DNA of 64,000 nucleotides from Longimicrobiales bacterium (lineage in GTDB: Bacteria > Gemmatimonadota > Gemmatimonadetes > Longimicrobiales > Gaopeijiaceae). The notes under the pieces are model-generated. The model had not been told where the DNA came from, did not search any database, and saw only the letters and a program-made list of their open reading frames with translations. The stretch lies in NCBI GenBank assembly GCA_965219445.1, contig CBDCNQ010000003.1:256001-320000 (forward strand). Direction: 5' to 3'. The position numbers and the translations under genes were made by a program. This document shows, piece by piece, positions 19,065-27,198 of the stretch; the first letter of the stretch is position 1, and each line of letters begins with the position of its first letter.

Positions 19065-20051
19065 TCAGTAGTAGACCCGGAGATCCATCCCCGCGTAGAG
19101 GCCGGCCACTTGATCGACGTATCCGTTGAAGAGCAGGGTCTCACGTCTGCGTAACTCACCGAGCCGCCGCTCCCGAGCCTGGCTCCAGCGTGGGTGGTCG
19201 ACCTCCGGATTCACGTTGGCGTAAAAGCCATACTCGTTCGAAGCCGCCCTCTTCCATGAGTTATACGGCTCTTGCTCCGTGAACGTCATGCTCACGATGG
19301 ACTTGATGCCCTTGAACCCATATTTCCACGGTATTACAAGCCGGATGGGCGCACCGTTCTGGTTAGGAATATCCCGACCGTAGACACCGGTCACCAGAAT
19401 GGTGAGCGGGTGGCGCGCCTCGTCCAGGCGCAGACCCTCCACGTAGGGCCAGTCCAGGACTCTGCTCCGCTGACCGGGCATCTGCGCGGGATCGTGGAGC
19501 GTCTTGAATTCCACATAACGAGCGCTGCCGAGCGGCTCGGCGCGGTCGATCACGTCCTTGAGCGCGAAGCCATACCAGGGAATCACCATGGACCACGCCT
19601 CTACGCACCGCATCCGGTAGACCCGATCCTCCATCCTCCCGGGCCGAATGAAGTCCTCCAGCCCGTACACGCCCGGATTGGCACACATGCCTCCCACTTC
19701 GATCGTCCAAGGTCGGGGTCTAAGCGTATGCGCGTTTTTGACCGGGTCGTCCTTCTCGGTTCCGAACTCGTAATAGTTGTTGTACGAGGTCACGTCCTCA
19801 TAGGGCGTCAACTCCTCGTCCATTTCGGAGCGCACGTTGCTCCAGTCCCTCTGGCCACCCGAGGTCTGAGCCGCCACCCGACCGGGCCCGCCCGCGAGCG
19901 CGCCCCCCACGGCGCCGCCGATCAGCGCACCCCCGGCAGCTCCCCCGAGCGCGATCCCCGCACTCTTCCCAATGAACTGGCGGCGATTGATATAGACTCG
20001 CTCTGGTGTGATGTGGGACGACGGGATGTCGTCAGGCTTTCGGATCAACAT
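19065..20051 (-). CDS. msrP: Periplasmic Mo-dependent methionine sulfoxide reductase catalytic subunit
   Basis: Tat NRRQFI; YNNYYEFG, RCVEAWSMVIPW, QNGAPIRL.PWKYGFK, EYGFYANVNP. Confidence 0.95.
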   Translation of the reverse strand: MLIRKPDDIPSSHITPERVYINRRQFIGKSAGIALGGAAGGALIGGAVGGALAGGPGRVAAQTSGGQRDWSNVRSEMDEELTPYEDVTSYNNYYEFGTEKDDPVKNAHTLRPRPWTIEVGGMCANPGVYGLEDFIRPGRMEDRVYRMRCVEAWSMVIPWYGFALKDVIDRAEPLGSARYVEFKTLHDPAQMPGQRSRVLDWPYVEGLRLDEARHPLTILVTGVYGRDIPNQNGAPIRLVIPWKYGFKGIKSIVSMTFTEQEPYNSWKRAASNEYGFYANVNPEVDHPRWSQARERRLGELRRRETLLFNGYVDQVAGLYAGMDLRVYY

Positions 20052-20371
20052 GGTCGCTCTCTCCAGTCGGGTGGGCCGCGGTTACAACCCTCTGTAGCGT
20101 GATGGCCGCGCTTCGCTTACCGTCCCAGGTTGGTGGGGCTATTCCATTCTCTTTCATTCTCTCTCGGTGTCTCAGCATCCTCGGTTTCTCTGCCTTCGCC
20201 CTACTCTAATTCCTTAGCTGCTCCGTGTCTCACGTAAGTTGGCAGAGAGGGTTAATCCCTACAACAGGCTCGTAAGTTCCAATCTTACTCGTTGGATAAT
20301 TACTCGTCCACAAAGGCGAAATGAGTGACCAGCGCTTCCTCTTCGCTTGGGCAAGAGAGTGTTCGTCAGCT

Positions 20372-21193
20372 TCAAGGTTGCAGGACCGAACCTGGGCGCA
20401 TGCCCACAACGAACCGAATCAGCAGTCCGATCACAACAGCCAGCCCGAACGTGCATACCAGGAGAGGACCGGTGGGGATGTCCGAACGAAAAGACGCCAC
20501 GACGCCGGTCACGAGCGCGACCGCACCAACGCCCCATGCGATCCAGAGCGCCACGCCGAACCGGCTCGTGAAGAGGAACGCCACCACCCCGGGAATGACG
20601 AGTGAGCTGAACACCATGAGGACTCCCGCTACCGGCACCGAGAACGAGATGACGATTCCGAAGAGTAAATAGAAGAGAAAGTCCCACGCACGGGCCCGTG
20701 GACGTTCGGCCTCTCCCAGCGATATCGACAGGAAGGGCTTCCTGAATATGAAGTAGATCACGCCGAGGACGGTGTAGACGATGGCCATGCGAATGATCTC
20801 AGGCCACCCGACCCAGATCAACGTCCCTGTCAAGGTTTCAGCGATGTGCTCGGCACCCTCCGCCGTGAACCCGGCGATCAGGATCACGGCAGCGGAGGCC
20901 ACCACGAAGGTGATGCCGATCACGGCCTCCTGGGGAACGACGGTCTCCTCGAAACGGCTGAAGGAGAAGATGAGCGCTCCTATTAGGGTAAAGCCCAGCG
21001 AAAAAGCCAGGGATAACGGCGTTTCATGGCCGACGCCCATGAGAAATCCCACCGTGGCACCGAGCGCTGCGATCTGTGCGAACGCGAGGTCGACAAAAAT
21101 CACCCCACGCGCGATGACGTGGAGGCCCAGATACGTGTGGATGGAGAGGATCACGAGGCCGGCCGCGATCGGCGGGATCATGAGATCGAGCAT
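20372..21193 (-). CDS. Metal (Zn/Mn/Fe) ABC-3 family permease
   Basis: HTYLGLHVIARGVIFVDLAFAQIAALG, EAVIGI, many TM helices. Confidence 0.85.
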   Translation of the reverse strand: MLDLMIPPIAAGLVILSIHTYLGLHVIARGVIFVDLAFAQIAALGATVGFLMGVGHETPLSLAFSLGFTLIGALIFSFSRFEETVVPQEAVIGITFVVASAAVILIAGFTAEGAEHIAETLTGTLIWVGWPEIIRMAIVYTVLGVIYFIFRKPFLSISLGEAERPRARAWDFLFYLLFGIVISFSVPVAGVLMVFSSLVIPGVVAFLFTSRFGVALWIAWGVGAVALVTGVVASFRSDIPTGPLLVCTFGLAVVIGLLIRFVVGMRPGSVLQP

Positions 21194-21197
21194 GGCC

Positions 21198-22238
21198 TCA
21201 GCCTCCGGGCCCGGCAAACGCCTGCGCCAAACCCTCAACCCAGGTGTCCACGAGCGCGAAGTAGTCGTCGACACCGGCCCTCCCCCCGGGGTTCATCGGG
21301 ACCACGACCGAGCGAGCCATCCCACGCTCGGCGACCGTCTCGACCTTTCGTTCGTCGTAATGGGAAGCGGCGAGGATCACCCGGATTCCCTCACTCGCCA
21401 TCCTTTCGAGAAGCGAGGCCACGTGTCCCGGAGTTGGAGGGATCCCGGGCCTTGCCTCGACGAACTCGGCGCAACGCACGCCGAACCGATCCTCCAAGTA
21501 TGCCCAGTTCTTGTGGTAGCAAATGATGTCACGGCCTCGGAATGCTTCCGCCACGCCGAGCCAACCACCCAACTCGGAGATGAGCGGACGGCCCTCGAAC
21601 TCTTCACCTTCCAGGAAGGAATGAAGGCTCCCTTGGAGCGCGAGCTGCTCGAGCAGCTCAGCACCCAGGAGCTCCACGAGCTGATCTCCGAACAGCCGCC
21701 GATGGATCTCCGCCGACACGCGGGCCAGTCCCGCATTCCAGACGCCCGTCCGGTCCGGCGCCACCCGCCCGAGACCCACGCTGATGTTGCGAGCTACCTG
21801 GAGGGCTCGGAGGGGGTCGGTGGTGAGGTGCGGGTTACCGAAAATATGCACGTCTCCTCCGCTCCGGTCCGCCGTTACCGGGATGTCGAGCAATTCGATT
21901 CCCGCGTAGGCCGTCACGTACCCCCTGCCCCCTTCGGCCACATCGGCGTTTCTGGCCCGGTCCAGCACGGTCGGAGCCCAGAGCTCGAGGTCGAGTCCCG
22001 TCGTGATGAACAGATCGGCTCGCCGGAGCGACAGCGCGAAGCTCGGCTTCGGACGCACGAAGTGGGCGTCCTCATTCGGTGCCGCAATGGCGCTCACGTC
22101 GACCCCCGCACCTCCGATCTTCTCGACAAGGTCTGCATAGACCGGAAGCGTCGTCACCACCCGGACGGGATCCGCTTGCGCGGCCCCCTCTCCCGCCAGC
22201 AACCCCAAGACCGTTACCGCCGCGATGATTCTGAGCAT
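21198..22238 (-). CDS. Metal ABC transporter substrate-binding protein (TroA/ZnuA family)
   Basis: Signal peptide; DAHFVRPKPS, GLDLE.W, DVH..GNPH, YHKNW. Confidence 0.9.
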   Translation of the reverse strand: MLRIIAAVTVLGLLAGEGAAQADPVRVVTTLPVYADLVEKIGGAGVDVSAIAAPNEDAHFVRPKPSFALSLRRADLFITTGLDLELWAPTVLDRARNADVAEGGRGYVTAYAGIELLDIPVTADRSGGDVHIFGNPHLTTDPLRALQVARNISVGLGRVAPDRTGVWNAGLARVSAEIHRRLFGDQLVELLGAELLEQLALQGSLHSFLEGEEFEGRPLISELGGWLGVAEAFRGRDIICYHKNWAYLEDRFGVRCAEFVEARPGIPPTPGHVASLLERMASEGIRVILAASHYDERKVETVAERGMARSVVVPMNPGGRAGVDDYFALVDTWVEGLAQAFAGPGG

Positions 22239-22251
22239 CGTGTCATCCCCC

Positions 22252-23595
22252 TCAATAAGTTTCGTGTCTATGCGGACCCATCGCGAACGTGATTCGTAGC
22301 GTGAACTGCCCCGTCGTGTTTCCAGGATTTCCCAGGACATCGTACTCCGCCCTCAGCCGCACGTACTCGCTCTGCCAATACGTCAGGGCCGGGGAGACAA
22401 GCCAAGCCGACTCGGTGGGATCCTGCGGATTTTCTACCCACTCATACCGCCCGCCTGCAATCCACTGCTGAGAAAGTTTGACCTCGGCGAGTGACCAGAC
22501 ACCCAACACGGCCTCCGGCTCGGTGAGCCCCGGAACGGCTCCTGGATCCGAGAGCATGACTCCCCCCCGCACAACGACCCCGCTGTAGAGCGATCGCTCC
22601 GGCGGAGCCCAATTGAACGACATTTCAGCTCCGAACAGGCGATTACCGTACCGTCCGGCGAGATCCTCATAATCGCCAAACAGAGCACTCACGCCCACGT
22701 CCAGATCCGTTGATGCAGAGAGCTGCCAGAACGCGTTCATATGGCCCAGATAACTGAGTCCGTGGGACTCCCCGAACAGGATCTCATTACGACTCCGGGT
22801 GACCTCCACGGTGGCCTCATACGCTCCGGATCCCCCGGTCGGAAGCAGCCAATGAACCGAAGCCCCGTCTTGGGCCAAGGACTCCTCTCCAATAAAGGTG
22901 AGGTGCGGGAGTGACCGGCTCTGAAACTGAATCGCATGCGAGTGCCAACGGTTGAGCTGCCCGAATTGCTGGAAGAACCGCCCGACTTTGAGGCCGACAC
23001 CGCCCGGTAATGCGACCCACTCGACGTACCCCTCCTCCACCGCAACGCCGCCCCCTTCGCCTTCCTCTCCTCCGTCGGGAAACACTTCGATCCGACCCCC
23101 CTCCTCTTCTGCGGCAAGGAACACCCTGGCCCGGGTGAAGGGGTCGAGCGCCGATATGAACGCCAACTCGAACTCGCGAGGAATGAAGTTGTTGGTGCCT
23201 GGGTTCTCACTCTGGATGGACGCATAGACGTCCCCATTCAGGCTGATCTCCGGGTTCAATGCCTGCAGCGACCGCGAGCGACCAACGAACTCCTGGTCGC
23301 CCTGTGCCTGGGCCGTCGTGTCGGCTGCAGCACCTCCCGCGGCGGCCCGGGCCGCCGCCCGGAGCCGGGCGAGCTCGTCCGTCGTCTCCAACTGATCCCC
23401 TACCTCCGGCGCCGCCGGCCCACTCGCCACGACGGCCCCGAGGCTGTCGAACTGCGCCCGCAACAGCTCCAGTTCAGCCCGGAGAGAATCGAGCTGCGCG
23501 GACGGCACGTCCTGCGCATGCGCCCGGCCCGGGCCCACTGCGAGAGCCCCCATCAGGGCGAAAGCGCCGAAGCTTCCGGGTAATTTTTTTCGCAT
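22252..23595 (-). CDS. Outer-membrane beta-barrel of the metal-uptake operon
   Basis: Signal peptide, coiled segment, LNPEIS, E.EL...DP, N.WHSH, C-terminal GPHRHETY. Confidence 0.65.
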   Translation of the reverse strand: MRKKLPGSFGAFALMGALAVGPGRAHAQDVPSAQLDSLRAELELLRAQFDSLGAVVASGPAAPEVGDQLETTDELARLRAAARAAAGGAAADTTAQAQGDQEFVGRSRSLQALNPEISLNGDVYASIQSENPGTNNFIPREFELAFISALDPFTRARVFLAAEEEGGRIEVFPDGGEEGEGGGVAVEEGYVEWVALPGGVGLKVGRFFQQFGQLNRWHSHAIQFQSRSLPHLTFIGEESLAQDGASVHWLLPTGGSGAYEATVEVTRSRNEILFGESHGLSYLGHMNAFWQLSASTDLDVGVSALFGDYEDLAGRYGNRLFGAEMSFNWAPPERSLYSGVVVRGGVMLSDPGAVPGLTEPEAVLGVWSLAEVKLSQQWIAGGRYEWVENPQDPTESAWLVSPALTYWQSEYVRLRAEYDVLGNPGNTTGQFTLRITFAMGPHRHETY

Positions 23596-23738
23596 GGTAC
23601 TCCTGAGAATCCATGTCCTCGGGCGTGTTCAACCAGAAGACACGAGCGGGAGAGCCCTGGAGCGATCCTTGGGTTAACCACCGAAATCGCTGGGCTCAAC
23701 GTGAAAGAGTGGCCCTCTCTGTTACGCGGAGGGCGTTC

Positions 23739-24074
23739 TCAGGGGGTGTGTGGTGGGGCCCTGGATTTCGTGCGGACGATACGGCGGAACTCGACCGGGA
23801 TATCGTGAGGGATCGAGACGGCCTCGCCCGGCGTAGGCGGAAACACCTGCAACGGAATCGATGAGTCCGTGGACCAGCCTTGTTTTCCGAACTGGATACA
23901 GAGGGTGTGGTCGTGGTGGGCGTGTGTGCACGCCTCGTGGTGCCCAGAGGCGATTACGGTTTCCGACCCCAGCAGTTCTCGATCCAGTGACGGGATGATC
24001 GCGCCCAGAGCGACCATCCAGACCGCCAAACCGGCATTGAAACGATCGCTCATGCGCCTTCTCATCCACAGCAT
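23739..24074 (-). CDS. His/Cys-rich upstream ORF with C-terminal RAPP motif (putative metal-responsive arrest peptide; alternative starts 24065/24053)
   Basis: Hydrophobic N-terminus, GHHEACTHAHHDHTLC, ends KSRAPPHTP*; first gene of the metal operon. Confidence 0.65.
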   Translation of the reverse strand: MLWMRRRMSDRFNAGLAVWMVALGAIIPSLDRELLGSETVIASGHHEACTHAHHDHTLCIQFGKQGWSTDSSIPLQVFPPTPGEAVSIPHDIPVEFRRIVRTKSRAPPHTP

Positions 24075-24081
24075 GCGTACA

Positions 24082-24110
24082 ACCTTAGGCTCAGCCCTAC
24101 AGGGTGTCAA
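24082..24110 (-). promoter_or_regulatory. Sigma70-type promoter for the RAPP uORF and metal operon
   Basis: Minus strand TTGACA (24110-24105)-N17-TAAGGT (24087-24082); predicted +1 close to the ATG at 24074. Confidence 0.55.
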
Positions 24111-24300
24111 TCGGCCTCGTCCCCCAGCGAGGGCTTGCGGAGCTAGGATCAAAGGCATCATAGGGGCATGGCGACCGCTACCGGTACCGATCAGCAGCTA
24201 AGCAGCCCGAAGACGAAGAGGCGTTCTCCTCCGGGAGCGGGTGCGCGTTCATCATTATTCGCGCAAGCAAGCAACCCAACCCGTCCTACCCAAGAGGAGG

Positions 24301-25362
24301 ATGCCCATGGAGAGGTATATCGGACTCGACGCACACGCGTCGAGCTGCACGCTGGGGATTGTAGGCCCCAGCGGCAAGCGCTTGGGCTCGCAGGTGGTGG
24401 AGACGAACGCGCGGGCGCTGATCGAGGTGCTGCGAGGGATTCCGAGGAACCGGCACTTATGCCTGGAAGAAGGGACGCTGTCGGGGTGGCTGTACGAGGT
24501 GCTGAAGCCGCACGTGGAGGAGCTGACGGTGGCGGGGGTCGGCAAGAGCCGGGGCCCGAAGACCGACAAGCTGGACGCGTTTGCCCTGGCGGAGAAGCTG
24601 CGGATCGGATCACTGGAGACGACGGTCTACAAGAACCGGGGCCAGTTCAGGCGGCTGGGGGAACGGGCGAAGAGCTACGACTTCTTGGTCGGCGACACGG
24701 TGCGGGTGAAGAACCGGCTCAAGAGCGTGCTGCGCTCGAGAGGAGTGGCCTACGGCGCGGGGCGCTCGGTCTACTTAAAGCGCGACCGGGAGGAGTGGTT
24801 GGCCAAGCTGCCGGAAGCGAGCAGGACGACGGCCGGGTTGCTGTACGAGGAGCACGACGCACTCGTGGCATTGAGGGCGAAGGCCGAGAAGGCGTTGCTG
24901 GCGGAAGCACGCAAGCATCGAGAGTGGCATGTGCTGAAGACGTGCCCGGGTCTGGGTCCGATCCGGACGGCGGAGCTCCTGCCGGTGGTGGTGACGCCGT
25001 ACCGGTTCCAGAGCCGGAGCAGGTTCTGGGCGTACTGCGGACTGGGCGTCGTGATGCGGAGCTCGTCGGACTGGGTGCGGGGTCCGGGTGGGCGGTGGGT
25101 AAGGGAACCGGTACAGCAGACGCGGGGGCTGAATCGGAACTTCAACCACACGCTGAAGCGTGTGTTCAAGGGCGCAGCGACGACGGTGATCGGTCGGGCC
25201 GAGGACGAGCCCTTGTACCGCCACTACGAGCGACTCCTGGAGGGGGGCACGAAGCCGAATCTGGCGAAGCTGACGATCGCGCGTCAGCTCGCCTCGATCG
25301 TGCTAGCGGTGTGGCGCACGGGCGAAGCGTACGACCCCAAGAGACTGGAAGCGACGGAGTAA
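24301..25362 (+). CDS. IS110-family DEDD transposase/recombinase
   Basis: YIGLDAH, CLEEG, KTDKLDA (DEDD), PGLGP, YCGL....RSS serine region, ARQL; AGGAGG RBS. Confidence 0.92.
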   Translation: MPMERYIGLDAHASSCTLGIVGPSGKRLGSQVVETNARALIEVLRGIPRNRHLCLEEGTLSGWLYEVLKPHVEELTVAGVGKSRGPKTDKLDAFALAEKLRIGSLETTVYKNRGQFRRLGERAKSYDFLVGDTVRVKNRLKSVLRSRGVAYGAGRSVYLKRDREEWLAKLPEASRTTAGLLYEEHDALVALRAKAEKALLAEARKHREWHVLKTCPGLGPIRTAELLPVVVTPYRFQSRSRFWAYCGLGVVMRSSSDWVRGPGGRWVREPVQQTRGLNRNFNHTLKRVFKGAATTVIGRAEDEPLYRHYERLLEGGTKPNLAKLTIARQLASIVLAVWRTGEAYDPKRLEATE

Positions 25363-25439
25363 ACCGGGCCGGGATCGGCGAGCGTGGGGTCGAAAGCGGT
25401 CACAACATGGGGTCCGACGAAACGGAAGCGAACCGGTTA

Positions 25440-25575
25440 CAGGGGACAGCATCCATACACACCGTGGGCCGGGGCAGAGAGCCCAAGCCCCCACTCAAAG
25501 GCTATGCACCCCTGGAGAGCCGAACGAAGCGATGGGCCACAGAGTCCCAGATAGAAGGATGGTTCCCGCTCCAGA
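25440..25575 (+). ncRNA. Putative bridge/seekRNA core of the IS110-family element (true ends unknown)
   Basis: Two stem-internal loop-stem modules; loops contain TACACACC and TCAAAGG (target matches) and ATAGAAGG (donor match). Confidence 0.75.
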
Positions 25576-25847
25576 GCGGAGAACGCGACGGCTGTGAACG
25601 TCTTCCGGACTGCGATGCGGACCCTGCGAGCGCACCCCTCCCCACCCTGAGTCGTCGACCGGGCAATCCAAACCATGCGGACGCCGACGGTCAAAAAATG
25701 AGCCGACGGCGCGTGGGGAAGGTGCGTCTTGACCGCCAGCCCCATAGAAGGGTGTGTAAAAAAAGAGGCGACGTACCTTTCCGCTAGGTAGTAAGAAGTT
25801 AACCAGCGAATCCCGGGTGAGCGCCCGGGGGAAAGGAACGATGCCTC

Positions 25848-27092
25848 GTGAGGAAGAATATGGTGGGACCCGAGAGTGAGTCCAGCACGCCGACGTGGGA
25901 GTGCTTGGAAGCGCTGGTTCGTGAGAAGGCCCAGGAGATGGTCCAGCGGATTCTGGAGGAGGAAGTGACGGAGTTGCTCGGCCGGGAGAAGTCGGAGCGG
26001 AAGACGGTCGTAGACCCGGCGCCAGGCTACCGCAACGGCTACGGCAAGGCTCGGCGGCTGGCGATGAGCTCGGGCACGATCATGCTCCGACGGCCCCGGG
26101 TTCGAGGCATTGAGGAGCGGTTCGAGAGTCGGGTGTTGCCGTTGTTCGCACGACGGACGAAGGAGGTGGGTGCTCTGCTTCCGGAGCTGTATCTGCACGG
26201 GCTGGCGGAGGGAGACTTCGAGCTGGCGATGCGGGGCCTGCTGGGCGAGGGGGCCCCGTTGTCGAAGTCTTCGATTTGGCGGCTGCGGGCGGGATGGACA
26301 AGGAAATTCGAGGAATGGTCGAAGCGCTCGCTGGCCGACCGTGAGGTCGTCTACGTCTGGGCGGACGGGATCTACGTGAAGGCGGGGCTCGAGCGGGACA
26401 AGGCAGCGCTGCTGGTGGTTCTCGGTGCGATGCGAGATGGTACGAAGGAGGTGTTGGCCCTGAGATCGGGCTACCGAGAGTCGGTCGAGTCCTGGTCCGA
26501 GGTGTTGCGGGATCTGAAGGCACGCGGCATCGAGGCGCCCCGGCTTTTGATGGCGGACGGCAACGCGGCGATCTGGGGCGCAGTACGGCAGGTATGGCCT
26601 GAGGCGGGCGAGCAACGGTGCTGGAACCACAAGATGAGGAACGTGCTGGACCGGCTGCCTCAGCGGGAGCAGAGCGAGGCGAAGGACCTTCTCAGGACCG
26701 TGGTCTACGCACCGAGGCGGTCCGAGGCGCTGAAGGCCCGTGAGGCGTTCGCCAGGCGCTACAGACCGTGGTATCCGAAGGCGGTGGATGTACTCGAGGA
26801 CGACTGGGAGCGGATGGTGGCGTTCTACGACTTCCCCGAGGACCACTGGAAGCATCTACGCACGACGAACGTGGTCGAGAGCCCCTTTGCCGCAGTACGG
26901 CTCAGGACAACGGCGGCGAAGCGCTTCAAGCGGGTCGAGAGCGCTACGGCGCTGATCTGGAAGCTGCTCTTGGTGGCGGAGAAGCGCTTCAGAAGGCTCG
27001 ACGCTCCTCACCTCCTCAAGGACGTATTTGAAGGAAGAAAGTTCGAAGACGGAAAGCCCGTCTCAACCCAACAGCGGAAAAACGCCGCCTGA
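25848..27092 (+). CDS. IS256-family (mutator) DDE transposase
   Basis: YRNGY, LYLHGL, VWADGIY, ESVESW, ADG, QRCWNHKMRN, RTTNVVES. Confidence 0.95.
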   Translation: MRKNMVGPESESSTPTWECLEALVREKAQEMVQRILEEEVTELLGREKSERKTVVDPAPGYRNGYGKARRLAMSSGTIMLRRPRVRGIEERFESRVLPLFARRTKEVGALLPELYLHGLAEGDFELAMRGLLGEGAPLSKSSIWRLRAGWTRKFEEWSKRSLADREVVYVWADGIYVKAGLERDKAALLVVLGAMRDGTKEVLALRSGYRESVESWSEVLRDLKARGIEAPRLLMADGNAAIWGAVRQVWPEAGEQRCWNHKMRNVLDRLPQREQSEAKDLLRTVVYAPRRSEALKAREAFARRYRPWYPKAVDVLEDDWERMVAFYDFPEDHWKHLRTTNVVESPFAAVRLRTTAAKRFKRVESATALIWKLLLVAEKRFRRLDAPHLLKDVFEGRKFEDGKPVSTQQRKNAA

Positions 27093-27198
27093 AACATTTA
27101 CACACCTATTGACCCAACCTCGGGCTTGCGAACGCGATGGGTCTGCACAGAGGTTGTGTTCCCTCACGAGCAGGCTACCGAGAACCAGGAGTCGATCG

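Larger units (their letters stand above)
24152..25751 (+). mobile_element. IS110-family (IS1111-type) insertion sequence
   Basis: AAGG at both junctions (24152-24155, 25748-25751); imperfect sub-terminal IRs TAGGGGCATGGCG / CGCCAGCCCCATA; ~390-nt non-coding region downstream of the transposase. Confidence 0.85.
24140..27121 (+). mobile_element. IS256-family element whose left IR is interrupted by an IS110-family element
   Basis: 9-bp TSD GGGCTTGCG at 24131-24139 and 27122-27130; reconstructed left IR GAGCTAGGATCAAAGGGTGTGTAAA matches the reverse complement of right IR 27097-27121 at 20/25. Confidence 0.85.

Noticed and set aside
20100..20330. Pyrimidine- and AT-rich spacer upstream of msrP as a possible ncRNA
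   Set aside because: No stable stem or known motif visible; consistent with an ordinary promoter region.
24168..25787. 539-aa alternative-frame ORF spanning the IS110 element
   Set aside because: Low-complexity G/A/R composition, no motifs, and it overlaps a clear transposase and the structured RNA; a typical high-GC shadow frame.
25437..26855. 472-aa antisense ORF over the IS256 transposase (also long antisense ORFs at 20781-22292, 27226-28665, 46040-47662 and 62369-63670)
   Set aside because: Antisense shadows of well-supported genes in GC-rich DNA, with no recognisable domains.
27109..27140. Outward-facing TTGACC in the IS256 right IR as a hybrid promoter for soxC
   Set aside because: No credible -10 hexamer at 16-18 nt spacing.
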